This document shows positions 47,962 through 62,096 of a stretch of 64,000 bases of DNA, piece by piece. The stretch is from Hydrolagus colliei (lineage: Eukaryota), in contig CM068752.1 of assembly GCA_035084275.1 (NCBI GenBank), forward strand, positions 8,308,001 to 8,372,000, given 5' to 3'. The notes under the pieces were generated by a model. That model was not told the origin of the DNA. It made no database searches and worked only from the letters and a program-made list of their open reading frames with translations. Position 1 is the stretch's first letter. Each line of letters opens with the position of its first letter. Made by a program: the position numbers and the translations under genes.

Positions 47962-49979
47962 GTCAGTGCTGGTCAGGGCAAAACGAACACAACACATAGT
48001 ATTTGAGATTGATGTTCATAGGAACGTAGGAACGTAGCAGTTGGCCATTTGTGTGCTGGTGCTGGCTTTGTAATTATTATAAGGAATTGACATAAGTATT
48101 TGAAGTGAAATACTAGCTGGAAAGTTTTGGGGAAAGTACAATGAATTGGGGTTAGAGGAGATAGAGAAGCGAGCACCAGCATGGATAGCATAAAGGACTG
48201 AACTTAACATGCTGCAATTTCTATACTGGCCTCAGTGAGACTTGCATCAAGAAAGGTATAGAAGTCAATTGAGTTGAGAGGAGTGTAAAGTTTAACAGCA
48301 TAACTTCAGAAATTAAGACACGGGCTAATTTTCAGAACTCAAATAGAGCAAGGAGTACAAGTTGAGTATACAGGTTGCATACTAAGCTCAAATAATGTAT
48401 ATGTATTTTACTGAAAGCACATAAGTTTGCATTACAGTGTTCTCTTGCGGTGTTTCCATAACCCATGCCTGAGCTGTGTGTGACAATAGCAAAGCTATCC
48501 ATCTAATTTGTGGATTGCTTACAGAGTTTAAGCGTGCATTTGTCTTATCCAATGTGTCTATGTGGCAATACAGTCATCTTTTATGAGTGATTTAATATAC
48601 TCCTAGCGTTTTCCTCCAATGTATTGATGAGTAACCCCTGATGTCTCGGTTGGTAAGTACGTTTTCCAGTGTTGTACACATCCGTGAGGAGGAGTGACCG
48701 AGGTTGAATTCTCAGTCCGTGCGGAATGAGCTGATCGCAAAAGTTGGCTTGAGGTTGAGCTAAGAAATTGACCATCATCCACATTTCCTCTCCTAGTTGG
48801 TATCCAAAGACTATCTTTTCCCTTTTCCTTCCACATAGTGTGAGGTCTGAGGTTGGGCTCAGCTGAGATCCATTCCCCCTCCCCCCCCCCCCCCCCCATC
48901 GTGGAATAGACCGTTGACAATATCTAACATCAAATGTCCGCTGGGTTGAGGTACTGGTATTGACATGGATACGTACACCAATAAGGGCTTGAGGAGGTGC
49001 TGGGAGACAATTATTAATGTGAAAGAACCAGAAAAAGCAAGCTTTAAATTTATGAATTGATGAACCACAGCGATCCGTCTTCCAAATTGATGTCTCACAT
49101 GAAGAATCATCCCTAATTCATATAATTTAAATCTTAAATTAAAAAAAATTAATCTTCAATTTAAATCTTCAATTTTAATCATAAATTTAAATCTTAAATT
49201 TTAAGAGAAATATGACCCACAGGCTAAGGTGAGATAGAATTTCGAGCCTCTAATTTTAATACTATTTCAATTTCCTAAGTTGCTATGAAACCGAATTCTG
49301 TGTGAAAGCCAGGAACTGTCTGCGTGGTGGTGCCTGAGGGAAATACGTACTGGGTTGATTTTTACTGAGTGGGGGAAGGATGTAGTTGCTGCGTATGGAG
49401 TCTAAGCATTGAGATGTGTTGTTGAACAATGTAACTTCAGCCACTGCAGTTCCATTCATTGATACGTTTATGAATAATTAGTTTGTGTTATATTCAAACA
49501 TCTGGCAAAGTGTTAAACTGATTCACTGATGCTTGTGAACAGAATACAAATCTGAGAACATCACAGAGCTCTCTCTCACTCTCTCTCTCTCTCTCTTTCT
49601 CACTCTCTCTCTCACTCGCTCTCCCTTTCAACGTGATTTTTTTGAATGTATCAACACAAATACAGTGGCATTTCCAACATCTATCGTTTGCTTGTCTAGA
49701 CAAATTATTCTTCTAGGCCGGTTGAACCCATTTGTTATCCTACTTCAAACGTTTAAATCCTCTTTAGAGGAGCTCTGGATCATGTGCTGGTCTATGCCAG
49801 CTCAACTCTTTATGTTGCTTTTAATTATAACTTGCATCAGTTACCCACACAAACCTCTTCTCAAGATGCCTTGGTCTGATTGTCACTATTTACTTTAAGG
49901 CCCATTATGAATCATTACAGGAACCAATCTTATTCTTCGTGAAATATATTTTGAAAAGGAATATTCCCTTAAAAAGATG

Positions 49980-50130
49980 CTGTGGTCACTCAATCCACAG
50001 CTGTTTGTGGGACATTGCTGTGCACAATTAGCTGCTGCGTTTTGCCTACAAAATATGGAGTCACTAAACTTTACAGTATGTTCTGTGAAGCATTTTGAGA
50101 CATCTAAACGATGTGAGTAGGTGCTGTTCC
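49980..50130 (+). mobile_element. Deu-domain SINE fragment
   Basis: ctgtttgtgggacattgctgtgcacaattagctgctgcgttt...ctgtgaagcattttgagacatc. Confidence 0.65.
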
Positions 50131-53100
50131 TTGTCTCAATTGGTGATGTAATCAATATGGAACTGAGCAAAATACTTGCGAAATCACAGTTTTGACCCCA
50201 GTGGTTCCAAGCTTTGACAGGAAACAGCAGGATTTTGGCTGCCATTCACCATCAGCCACCTCTGGTGGAAATTGAAACTATGGCCATTACATCAGGACAA
50301 AGAGATTGTTTCCCCCACATCCTCTCAATTGGGATGTTTCCATTGTCAAAAGCCTTTGACTGAAAATAAAATGATTTTTGTTGGGGTGGGGTTAGAAAAA
50401 GGGTTCATTCATTGTGTCACAGACCCTGTGAGCGGATCCAGGTAGATGCTTCTTTCAGTTCAGACTGGAGTATTTATTTTAGCCTGGATCTCGCCAGTGT
50501 TTAGTCAGACACTGGCAGATTGTGTTTAAATTTCTGCACAAGTTGAATCTCTAAGGGATAGACAAGCAGTGAATAGGGATGCAGTCAAAGTCCAGCATTG
50601 CTCTGGCACTTGTTCTGCCAATCCTGTTATAAATTATAAACACTTCAGCCCTTGACATCCATCTGCTAATTTGGAAAGCTACTTTTGCTGCAAGCAATTT
50701 AATGTCAATTAGATGCAATTGCATAAACATGAGTGCACACTCCTACCCTCTCTGCCCACAATCACAAACCAAACCATAGCGTTAACCCTCAAAGCAGAGT
50801 CGTTCTGCAGCGTTGCGATCTCTGTGATATTCATACTTATTCTGTAATCTAAGGGTTAACAGCTCTATTTAGACCACTTTCTCCCCAGTGGATTGAACAC
50901 CCCAGTGATGTTTGAGTGTATGACACATTCATTTCAGTTGCCATGTTCTGATTGTTTGTTTCATCCGAATTCAAAATCGTAACAAAGCAAATTCAAAGAA
51001 AAAAGTTCAACGACAGTGCCCATTTCAAAACACCCTAATTGTGTTTTGATGCACTGGCCTTTAATCTTTCTGTTAGCGCTTTCTCCCCCTCCCCTTCCCC
51101 CCGCTCTTCTCAGACTGATTAAACAATCCAATATTTTATTTCATATAACAAGAACAATTGATGCCGCCTATTAGAGTTTGGGACAATGTGAACCACTTGA
51201 CTGGCGCAATGTTATTTATTGCGTAGAATGAGGTTGAAGTAAAAAAAAGCTTGGATAGAGTTGAAAGGGAATGATGAAAGATCAAGCGATAATTCTGTAC
51301 AACAAACAGTTTCCATTAGAAGGGCCAGCAGTGGCCCTTGGGGGGAAAATAAATGATAGTTTTTATGTCGTGTTTCTTTAGAATTCGTAGAAAAGCTACA
51401 GCAGTTTTGCAGTGAGGATATTAAATTGTTTTCAATGACTTGAAGTTAAGGCATGACATTGAGTCAATGCTTACATGATCTTGGCATTGATATAAGAGGT
51501 TGAGCTCATTGGAACATTCCTGGAACCCAAGTTATTTTGTAATTCTGAGAGAGGGGTCTGGCGTGCTAGTAAGTTACAATTCGAGAAAGTCAACTCACCA
51601 ATTTTGAAACGTATCGCTGTCTGGCGATCTTTCCTGCTGCTTGCCCAGCTAGGATCACCACCCTCTACTTATTCCTCTGGCTTAAAGGGTTAGCTAGAGC
51701 TGGCCAGGAGGATTTCCTTCCCCCCCACCCAGATAGACAGGTCTGTCCTCCCAGGTCCTGCCAATGAGCCAGGCTGCACTATTATATCTCCAGCAATGCC
51801 CTGGAATACTATGGACCCACCTGGTTCAGGAACAGGACTATTGAGACCGCCACAGAGAGCTGGCTCAATTCTGGCATTCTGTTGCCAAATTTGTCACCTT
51901 GGAACCAGTTCAGCTCCAAGGAGACCCCACTTACCACCCCACCCAAGGAGGATAGTCACTCATTGGTTGTTCAACATCTGATAAGCATGGATTTGAGGCC
52001 TCACTAGGTGAGGGGTAAAATTGGTTTGAAACATTTGAATAAAATTTTAATTAGCAAAGTAGGGGCTTGGGGGCAGAGCATTTGTGGAAAGAGGAACGTG
52101 ATCTCCGTGAACCAGAAAAAAAGTCACAATGTGTTAATTAGCATAAGGAGTGGGTAAAGAAACTGCAGCAAGATAACAGGAAATAGGAATATTTCACCGC
52201 CAGATTTTCTGGAGTGTTTGACTCTCCAACTCTATAATTACGATCTCAAGTTCCCTTTTGGAATCATACATTTGAGTTCATTTTCTAAAAGAGGACTCGA
52301 GTAAATAATCCCGAAAGGTTTCATGTTAAAAAGAAACAGCATTTATTCATCTTGAGCACATTGAGGCTGCCTTTCAGTGTTTGAAGTTATTTCTGTTTCA
52401 TCCAACGATGGCCTGGATCATTTCATCGTAACTGTGTATTATTTTTATAAATCTGCAGTTTGCTCGTCTCTGCAGTTCTCCTGAAGTGAATGTCAACATC
52501 TGGGGTTAAAAGCAAAGACGGGATTTAATGTTAATGTTAACACTTAATGTGCCTGTCAGTGCCATCTGTTTCTAGGACAGATTTTATCACCCACAAAACA
52601 AACTTGAATAGTACAGTACTAAATATACAGCATAATAATAAAGAATCATTATGTTTGACATAGTGCCTTGCATATCAGAGGGATATCTCAAAGTGATTCA
52701 CAGGATAGCCTGTAAAGTGTAGTTGTCAAATTTAAATATCAGGCAAAATTTCTGCACTTTTCAAAAAGAGCCAGCTTCTAAATTGAGACGGAATCTAACA
52801 ATTTCTTCATAATTGTAGAAAATTTTAAGAGAATGATGTTCAGGCTAGGATTGTATGGAATTTCAGTCCTCAGGTTACAATAGCGCACACCACCTGGCTT
52901 TGCTACACGAAACCAAAACGCAAACTCCTTCCCCTCACACGAGTTTTGGGCATCATTGACTATTATGAGCAGACATAGTCTACCTGCCCTCTTTCTTTGA
53001 AAGGCAGACATAATGATCTGAATGCAATGTCTTATCTTATCTTATCCTATCGCAGACTCAATTTACTGGAGTTTATTTAGAGCAATAACTTAATGTAATT

Positions 53101-53919
53101 TCATATAGCAATATAATCCAACTACCCTGCGTTTTAATTAGAGTGGGTATTGGAACTATTGATGTTTTATGCCTTTGAAGCTCTCCTCTCCTCTCTCTGT
53201 TTTGTTCGGTGAACACAAAATGGAGGCAATGTAACTCAGTGTTAAAGAGCAGATATGCTTTAAGAGAAATCCCCTCTCTATCCCCACTCCTAACCTCCCC
53301 CCTCCTCACCCCAAACTGCCCCCCTTCACGAACACACTCCTTCCTACCGCCAGCAAAAATCTATCTTCCTTCACTTAAGTAATTATCCCCTGGGCTTTGT
53401 GGATGCTGGATTTCATCAAATCCTGGCTGTCTCGAAACGATGGGTTCTGCAAATCTAATAATGTGGGAACCTGCTGGGATGACTAGCAGTTCTGGAGTAG
53501 AAAGAACATTGCTACTCTTTAAATCTTTTAAACTGGAGGTGGGTTCCCAGTGCTGAAGACGTCAAGCTGCACATAAAGCAACAGAACATCACAAATAAAT
53601 CTCAGCACAATATTTACTGCGCACTTGATTGTCTATTTATTTCCTGTCCTGTGCTGTGCTCAAAATAAATCCAGCCAAAGCCTTCATTCTCTGGAGTCAG
53701 TGTTTAGCATTGACTGGTGTAGTCATAGAATGAATCACCACAGAGACAGAGCAGTGAGTTGAGGGCTCAGGCGAGTCGCAGTAAATCCGTTAGCATTCAT
53801 AGGGTTTCTGGGAACCTGACCTGCTCTGCCTGACAATGAGCGCCGGTTGTGAGGAGCGGTGGCGGAGGGGTTTAACATTCTAGACTCCTCTGCAGTGAAA
53901 GCACGCAGGGAGTTATTTC

Positions 53920-54295
53920 CCAGTCTGGTCCTGAGGCATAGAACACTGGCCTCGCAAGCGAGAGGACCTGAGGTTTGTTACACAGGCAGGGCCAAATGTT
54001 GGCAAGTATCCTTATTCCACACGCAGTCCACTGTCTATCTAGCACTAAGTAGGAATCCGTTTGTTAGTCGATCAGCAGATCACTTTCTGGGAGTAATAAT
54101 CTTTTAAAAAATTTTAAAATAAATTTGCTCACTGTTTGTGTGACACTGCTGTGCGCAATTGGCTGCCATGTTTCACTCACAAAATACGCAGTCAATTTAC
54201 TTTACAATGTATTCTATGAAGTCTTCGAGATGTCTGAATGATACAATAAGGTGCTGTATCAAATGTAAGGCTTCTTCTTATTATTATTTATTATA
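53920..54295 (+). mobile_element. Near full-length degenerate SINE (tRNA-like head, Deu domain, L2-like tail)
   Basis: Head similar to the 43968 and 57273 copies; ctgtttgtgtgacactgctgtgcgcaattggctgcc core; taaggtgctgtatcaaatgtaagg...ttattatt tail. Confidence 0.7.
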
Positions 54296-54994
54296 TTGCA
54301 GCAGGCCATTGACACCCAGCACTAAAAGGGTTACCAGTTAGAGAAAAGGGCTTTGATAATTTGGAAATAAGGCACAGTACTGGTTCAAAATTGTGTTAAC
54401 AAGTTAAATAACCAACATTAGAATCAGGAAAAAAAATCTCAAGTGCTTAGATTTAAAAGCAGGCGGAGAGTGGGGGTGGTGGTGGGTGGTGGGGGGTGGG
54501 GGGGGGAGGGAGGTGGGGGAGAGGATGGAAAGATCCAGGAGACAGAATAGGAGTTCAAGGAGCGGAATAAGCATGTTGCTATGGAAACACTCGAAAGGAG
54601 GACAGAATTGAATTAATGATGTGCAAGTACCAAGCAGCACAGAGAGAGGAGAGCTACAAATAAAATAAACACCAACAGCAGCACTCTCCTAATTTCATAA
54701 TATTGCAGTTATTATTAGAGATATTGCAATATGGAATCATAGCAAAATGTTTGAGAAAGATGCATTAGCCTTGCCTCTTGCAGGACGCAATATTCAGACC
54801 ACGTCATTGTTCACGATGTGACTGGCAGTATTGCCGTGCCCTTGTGTACTTAGTAAACGGTTAGTTTGCTTTGAGGCCAGAAATTGAACAGATTGTACTC
54901 TAAATATAAAAACACTACTTGCCAACACAACCATATTAGTCACGGTCAGCGAGTTTATTGTTCACACCTAATCCCAATCTTTTCCTGAATTAAT

Positions 54995-55215
54995 AGTAAT
55001 AATAATAATAATCCTCTAATTGGGTATAGCGGCTTATCACGTCGTTGAGACGTCTTGAAGCACATCACAGAACCTACCGTAAAGTAGATCGACTGTGTAT
55101 TCTGTGGACAAAACAACAAATAACTGGATTCCTACTATAAACAGAGGAGTGTGGAGGAAAGAAACTTGCCTAACGTTTCGCCTCGCCTGGGAATCGAACA
55201 CAGGTCCTCTCACTT
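54995..55215 (-). mobile_element. SINE copy on minus strand
   Basis: Reverse complement gives a B-box (gttcgattc), the shared body, a ...gataagccgctata tail and (ATT)n. Confidence 0.65.
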
Positions 55216-56074
55216 CCTCTTCGATGGTCCCATCGGTCACTCCAAATCCCTTTCCCTCCACCCTCCCCATTCCTGACCCCCAGCTCAGGTGTGAAACATT
55301 GACTGTCCCGTGCCCTGGGATGTCCTTCTGATGTGAAAGGCGCTATACACGTGTAATTTTGTTGTTGTTTTTGAGGCTTACTCATCAGCCTCTGCACAAT
55401 TATGTCACATTTTGCCCACAAAATTAATGAATCAATTCACTTTGCAGAATATTCCGTGAAGCTCTTTGCGATGTCATCAAATGCAAGAATTATTATTACG
55501 GGACAGGAGCTATTACTGTATAAGGAAAGTAGTACAGAATATCATATTGTCCAGTACTGCACTGCCCAGCTCACATTGCTGTTGAATTAAAGGAACTGGC
55601 ATGGTCAGGTCAGAACGTGTGGAAAGGCATTTTGGCTGATTGCACCACTGATGCAGTATTAGCTAATATCAGGGCCTCAGTCTATCTGTGCAGCTGAAGC
55701 TCAGACTATTAATAGACTGAGGAATATGGTGTTGATGGAATTTGGCCAGGGATTAGAATACAAGCCTCCTCTGGGGGTGCTAGGCACAAACCTGGACCCC
55801 ATGATCTCCTCTAGTTCTTTGACTAACACAGTATCCTGCAGCAACTCGCACGTCTCATTTTAATGCTGATCTCAAACTCCTTTGCAAGTTCCAGGAGAAG
55901 TGGTTAGTTTCACACCACATCTCATTTACTCTGAGTTTGTCATATTCGTCTCATTATACATCCTCACATCCCACATGTTTGCTCATCAACGGCAGTGTCC
56001 ACTGATCCAGTTTCTTTCGAGTCCAGGAGCAAAGCTGTATCTATTCCCCAAGCAACAATTAACATTTACATTTA

Positions 56075-56493
56075 TAGAGTGCCTTTCACGTCCTCCCGAC
56101 GTGAAAGGTGCTCTATAAATGTAAATTGTTGTTGTTGTTGTTAAATTAATTCTTTCACTTGGCGTTTTCAAGTGCATCAGTGATAATCATTATATACTGT
56201 ACTTATAATGATAATATAATACAATACAATATATTATATTGGCCTCCGGTCTACCATCAATGGCTGTTCCTTCAACCACTCCATTCTGAAACTCTGGAAC
56301 ACTCTTCCTCTGTCCGAAACCTTGCTCCTTCCTTTCCCATCTTCAGGTCATGCCTGAAGACCTTTCTCTTTGACCGTGCCTAGAGTCAACTACCCTCTCT
56401 CCCTGGCTTGCCGTTGAGCTCCCCCATTATCAAGCGCTTTGGGATGCTACCCACTGTGAGGGCACTATATAAATGCTAATTGTTGTTGTTGTT
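56075..56493 (+). mobile_element. Two L2-type 3'-end fragments with (TTG)n tails
   Basis: cgtcctcccgacgtgaaaggtgctctataaatgtaaattgttgttg (near-identical to the end of the 41.6-42.8 kb LINE); second copy ctctggaac...ctgaagacctttctctttgacc...ttgttgttg. Confidence 0.7.
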
Positions 56494-57272
56494 AGTTTGG
56501 CACTACTGGCAATGAGTTTTTGGCTGCCCTGCTCTTGTACTCCATCAATTTATGAATTCGAAACTGAGATTGCGGCATTGTCCTTTAAATGCTCCTTGCT
56601 CAGACTTGTACTCATTTGAACTCATTCCTATTCATTAAATTCCATAGCAAACTCCTGCTTTCTTTCCATTCAGGAACTGAGTCCACACAATAGAATGTAG
56701 TTTTCAGTAGTTCATCAAATCGTTAGTACTGTACAAGGAACAACAAGAAAAAGGACCACAAACTTCTCCCAGCATCGCTGTTTGCTAGTCTTATCCAGGC
56801 ATTTAAAACATACTGTATTTCATATATTTTGATCCTTCTGCCTAGAATTAAGGTCTCATTGTTCTCTGGCACATATCCATAGAGCTTTCAAGATAGCATT
56901 ATCACTGTGGTTAGCTTTTCATAGTTGACTTACTTTCACTGTGTCGTAGACAAAGGAACTTCTCCATGTGAAATATCTCATGAATGAAATAACACAACGA
57001 TGGGGTTCAATTCAATTCAAATCCTTTGAGAAACAAATCATGGATGTGAAATGAAAGTAGCACGTCTCCCTTAACATCTCCCTTGAATATGTCAGTGCCA
57101 ATTCCCAAATGTAACACATTAAATAAAACTTGTTGAGTTCTAAGGCGGAGGCAGAGACATTTACTGGAACCTTATTAACACAAACTGCTGATACCCGTAG
57201 GACTTGCAAAAAGTGAGCCAGACCTAACTTATATACAGGAACTTTCTTTCCTTGTTCCTCCTCATTTTGTCC

Positions 57273-57410
57273 TGTAGCTGAGTGGTTAGAGCACTCGCCT
57301 CCCTCATAAGCGAGTGAACTGGGTTCGATTTCCAGCAGGGCAAAATGTTGGGCAAGCTTTTTTTATTCCACATGCCTCTGTTTACCCAATAGTAAGTAGG
57401 AACCTAATTG
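57273..57410 (+). mobile_element. tRNA-derived SINE 5' part
   Basis: tgtagctgagtggttagagc (A box) ... gggttcgattt (B box), then the shared SINE body; no tRNA acceptor-stem closure. Confidence 0.72.
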
Positions 57411-58167
57411 TTAGTTATTGGCAGATAGTCAATAATGATTTGGTAACTCAATCCACGACTATTTGTGGTGGGGGGTTGGTAGAGGGAAGGGGAGAAACTG
57501 GAAACTGAATGGACAAATCTTGCTGTGAATGGGTGAGGTCTGATAAAACAGGTAAAGGTGTTTGAGCAATCAAATGTTATATTTCTGAGGCTTGAAATTC
57601 CATCAAATCTTAGCCCCATACAACAAACATTCTGGTTTAATTTGGAAGACGTTTCTCTGGTAATCTGCGGTAAAGAGCCTCACAATTTGGTAAAGCAATC
57701 AGTCCAGATGTACCACAGCGGAATGGTCAAGGGCATCTAAACGAGGTAGGCTAATTTGAATTACGCTGCATTTTTATCAAATGGATACTATTAAGGAGCG
57801 GGTGGTGGGGGGGGTGGTATATTTCCCATTGCTATTTATTGCTTGACCTATTTGTTTTGCGTTGCTGTTGTTTTGCATTGGTGCTTTCCCCTTAACCCTT
57901 CACGATGCTTGTTCCGCTATTTATTTTCAACATTTTATTGCAATCTCACGCCTGTCCGCCTTCGGCGCTATGATTTTTTTCTGCATTATTTCATAAGTTA
58001 CCTGTTTTGCTTTCATTTCCGTTGTTTCCTGGATTTTATTCTATTGTGTTTCTCCTCCTCCCCACCCCACCTCCTCCCCCACTCCCTCCTCCTCACCACT
58101 CACCACCCACCACCTACCACCAACGCACACCCACAACGGTTCCCGCTACCATGTGTTCCTTCATCAG

Positions 58168-58278
58168 CTGGTAGAGAAGGGTGGACAATACCACGGACAA
58201 CTCCACGAACTCCGTTGCAGATGAACCTGGGTGCCCACCCACCAGGAGCCATGCGAAGTCAGTATTTTCTCCCCCAAG
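58168..58278 (+). CDS. Pcdh constant exon 3 (111 bp, phase 1-1)
   Basis: Acceptor gtgttccttcatcag|, donor AAG|GTGAGC; encodes (A)GREGWTIPRTTPRTPLQMNLGAHPPGAMRSQYFLPQ; phases fit the flanking exons. Confidence 0.72.
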
Positions 58279-61124
58279 GTGAGCACCCTTCCCCTCATCC
58301 AGTCTTGGTGATGTTCCTCACCATGGCACTTCTCATGGCTTTTAAGTAAGAAAGACTTCTTTGACTTATCGTAAGTGATTACTAACACATATAATGTATG
58401 AAGCGCTTACAGAAGTCTCAACAATGTGATAAGGTTGCTGTGTCAAATGCAAGGATTGTTATTATTATTATTTCCCAACTTTGTTCGTTGAACCATTAGG
58501 ACCAGATCCATGTCCTTTACTCCGCATGTGCTCTGAGTGTTTGGATCTGGAATGAATTCCTGAATGACTTGGACGGGACCAAACGGGTTGCTATTAACCT
58601 CACAAAGCTCTGTTAGCCGCGCAGACGTTCATTAGCTTTATTTCTAACGAGTGATTACTTGTTCTTTGCAACCACCTATCACTCTCGGTTGCCTCTCCGT
58701 TTCTCTCAAGAATATCAAAAACACAAAGCCACCCTATATATTAACCAATCCAGGATATGTCTGTCAAGGTGAGAGAGGTTATCTTGCTCTCTCTATTTAT
58801 TGTTGCAAAATCCCCTCCCCATAATGGAACTCTGCCAACATCCTATATTCCAGCTGAGAGCCTGCGTATCAAGTCAGCAGGCATTATCATGTTCAAATAT
58901 CAGTGGAGGATCGGATTCAAACTCAGTTCAGTGCAACCAGTGTTCCAACATTAGGACTTCCAGACTGCCTCAGCTCAGTGGCCTTTCGCTTCACCAAGTA
59001 AATTAATCAATTGGCATATTAATATTAATTAATATGTCAACGTAACAAACATCTACCATGGGAGATAGACAAACTGTGCAGACTCAGGTTTGTAGCTTTC
59101 AGAAGAGAAAAGGTGGACAGACAATTTAAGGCTCACTGCACAGCACAGAGTGCGGTGAGTGTGTAAATAAAGATTGATATCGGCAGTGGGGACAATCTGG
59201 GCGAATTCAAGAGGAGCTCGACAAATTGTTTGGCAAAAGAATGAAATTGAAGAGCATATGAGCAACATTTAAAGGGAAAGAAAATAATTCTAATGGGCAC
59301 AGTGAGAGAGTAGGATAATAAGATTGGACTGAAATAGTGAGCAAGCTAGCTGGCGAGAGATTTTCCCTGCAATTTCCATGTCAGCAAGTTAAAGAATCTT
59401 TTTCTTCAATGATATCCAACCAAGTTTAAACATATGATGCACTGTTTTTAATAACCTTCTCTTATGAAAGTCTCATTACTGGTGAATAATCCCTTTCTCT
59501 CTCCACACTGCCAAGCTATTTCTGTTGCCCTCTGGCTAAGCACAAGCTTGAAGAAGCTTGCTCGCCTATGTGTGTGTGTATGTGATTTCAGATCCCCTCC
59601 ATTTGCAGGGTGTGCTTTCAGCAATCGGAGAGAGCTACAGTGCTCTCAGTCACTGGCTGGGGGCAGAGCTCTGCTTCACAAATCCTACCCGTTCAGCCAT
59701 ATCCAATTTAATCAATGCTTGTATGGGAATACAATCCATATGTTGATTTATAAGGGGAATAAGCAAAATACATTTGATGTGTTAACCTATGAGAATGTCG
59801 AGACCGATTAGAATGAGTTGCTTAGATCCATATTGTTCACAGAGGCTATTCCCAGTACCCTGAAGGAATGATCAGGTATTAATCCTTTCATCTTGGAAAT
59901 GTCATCCGGAATGATTGGAGCGAGTTTCCCTCTTGTGAGCAGGAACATTGCCTTGCTCTCTCCGCGGATATGTATTAATGCAGCCACCATGCACTTACCT
60001 CCCAGAGGCGTTTATGGTGTGCTCTTGTTATTTCGGAGTCTTAAGACTGGTTCACATGGTTGTTAATTTCATGGTACATTTTGCCCACATACTATTGCAC
60101 AATGGGTCTTTTGGCTAAGTTAGGTTGGTGTGGGAAGCTTCAGTGAGATCAGAGTGTCAAGTGAGTTTCAAGACGGACATAGGTGGGTGTATGGCGATAG
60201 GGTAGAGCAGTGAGATTGAATGAATAACTTGGTCTGAGACACTCAATGGGCCAAAAAATGGCCTCCTTACCTGCTAACAAATGTCTGTCATTCCTTGTTG
60301 TTGGCCAATAAGAGCATTTATTTTTCTTTGTTTTGGTGAAATATTTATCGATAATTTTCCAAACGCAGAAAACAAAACAAGTCGGGGGCTGATGATGGCA
60401 CACTGGGTATTATGAAGGGTGATGCAGAGGCTGGCAGAGAGGGTCACACAGCCTGGTCACAGCTATAAAACAGCTCACATGATTGTGGATACACTACAAG
60501 GTCATGATTGAATCCATCCTGGGGAACACTGACATCTCTGGCAAGGAAAGGCACACACGAGACAGCTTGGAATACCATGAATAATTAAAAAGGGTATACA
60601 GTATTTTGGTTTCTTCGTCTAAGTCAGTGCTTATGGGATCTGTTTAAAGGAGGCTGTAGGACAAATCATCCAGGTATGGAGGCTGACCTCAATATTTCCT
60701 CTTAGCCTGTGTGGACACAGACAGTTAAATGATGTTTATGGTAAAAAAAATTCGACCGACTGATGTTTAACATGTACCACAGATTCGGAGGCTGGATTGA
60801 GGAGGGCTGCTGTGTTGGCTTCACGAAACCAATTCCCTCTCGACACTACCTCGCTGCATGAATTGTTCACTTATTCACCAGCTTCTGGGTAAAGAAATTA
60901 AATCTGCACTCCCTGTTTACTCCCCCCTCTTTGGGACTTAACACCACACACCCAGATCTCTGGGCTACATCGCACATACTATTGCAGTCAGGTCACTCGA
61001 CAGCCCTTGAAAAATCTTTTCCAGCATTGCGCAATCTCTGCCAATAACCCTCTCTCGTATATATGCAGCAAATGTGTTTCAGTTGTTAATTTCTTCCTAG
61101 TCGCTTTGTCTGGGTGGCTCGGTC

Positions 61125-61240
61125 CAGTTCTGATGAGGGATCTGGCACCCGAAACGTTAATCTACCTTTCTCTTTCAGATGCTGATAAATCTGCTTCTGC
61201 ATTTCCAGACTTTTCTGTTTTTGTTTCAGGGTTCCAGTCT
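61125..61240 (+). mobile_element. Interspersed repeat fragment (possibly Penelope-like or V-SINE-related end)
   Basis: ctgatgagggatct...cccgaaacgttaa...cagatgctg...catttccag...ttttctgtttttgtttcag resembles, from memory, a common fish/shark repeat; not database-checked. Confidence 0.45.
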
Positions 61241-62096
61241 TCACAGGTTTCCCTCTTTAATTAATCTCTTTGGCGTTCTCAGCTTTAACATCAAACTCAA
61301 GGGCTGGTCAGGCACTACTGCCCAGAGCTAATTAGGATAAAAGTATTACTGAATTACCTTAAAATCCCGTCTGAATTAGGCTGTCTTCCCTTTCCCACAC
61401 CAGGGATCCTTTGCCAAATTACCACCACCAACAACAACAACTTGCACAGTACCCGCCATTGTCAGCCAGTGTCTCAGAGCATTTAATTTAGAGCCATCTT
61501 AGGAAACAAGTTAGTTCCATGAGACTCTCATCCAAAAGGACCCGGGCTGAGTTTGGGCGCAAATACATCTCACCCAAACACTCTTCCATCCCAAGGAGAC
61601 GTTCATCCCATTAATCAGGTCTCGAGAGGTAAAAAGTGTCACCCAGTTCATACACTATACTAATCCTCAATAATACTCCAGAGAATGCCACAGAAGAGCC
61701 CATGGCATCTGCCCACTCATCCTAGCTATCAACTCACTGGGTCAGTATGAATAGGGGAACTGCAAACAGGCTAGTGGACTGATAGTGACACACAGCTCAG
61801 CTCAGCAAAAGCCATCAGCCAATAACGACACACCATCTCACAGGCTAGTAGTCAGTGTTCCTCACAGCAATGAGACCAATTGCACTGTTGTTAACTTCAC
61901 ACTGGCTGAGATCAGCTCACTAACCCATCAGAGGTGGAACCTGTGGCTTTCCCAGTCTGTAATACTACTTCTCCGCTGGGTAGTGATTGCACTCATCCTC
62001 TGAGCTACTCACTCACTCACTCACTGACTCACACTTGATAGCAGTGCACTGCGACACAGGTGATAACTGATGTTTGCACCCATTGTGCCCTAACAG

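Noticed and set aside
47562-48006. Six overlapping repetitive ORFs (SLCV, HSET, RLAV, TARR, SRCA...)
   Set aside because: A stop-free 12-bp repeat is open in all frames; only the QRDA frame fits the splice phases.
57273-57345. tRNA-like sequences (also ~43970)
   Set aside because: The A/B boxes run into a shared SINE body with no proper cloverleaf, so these are SINE heads and not tRNA genes.
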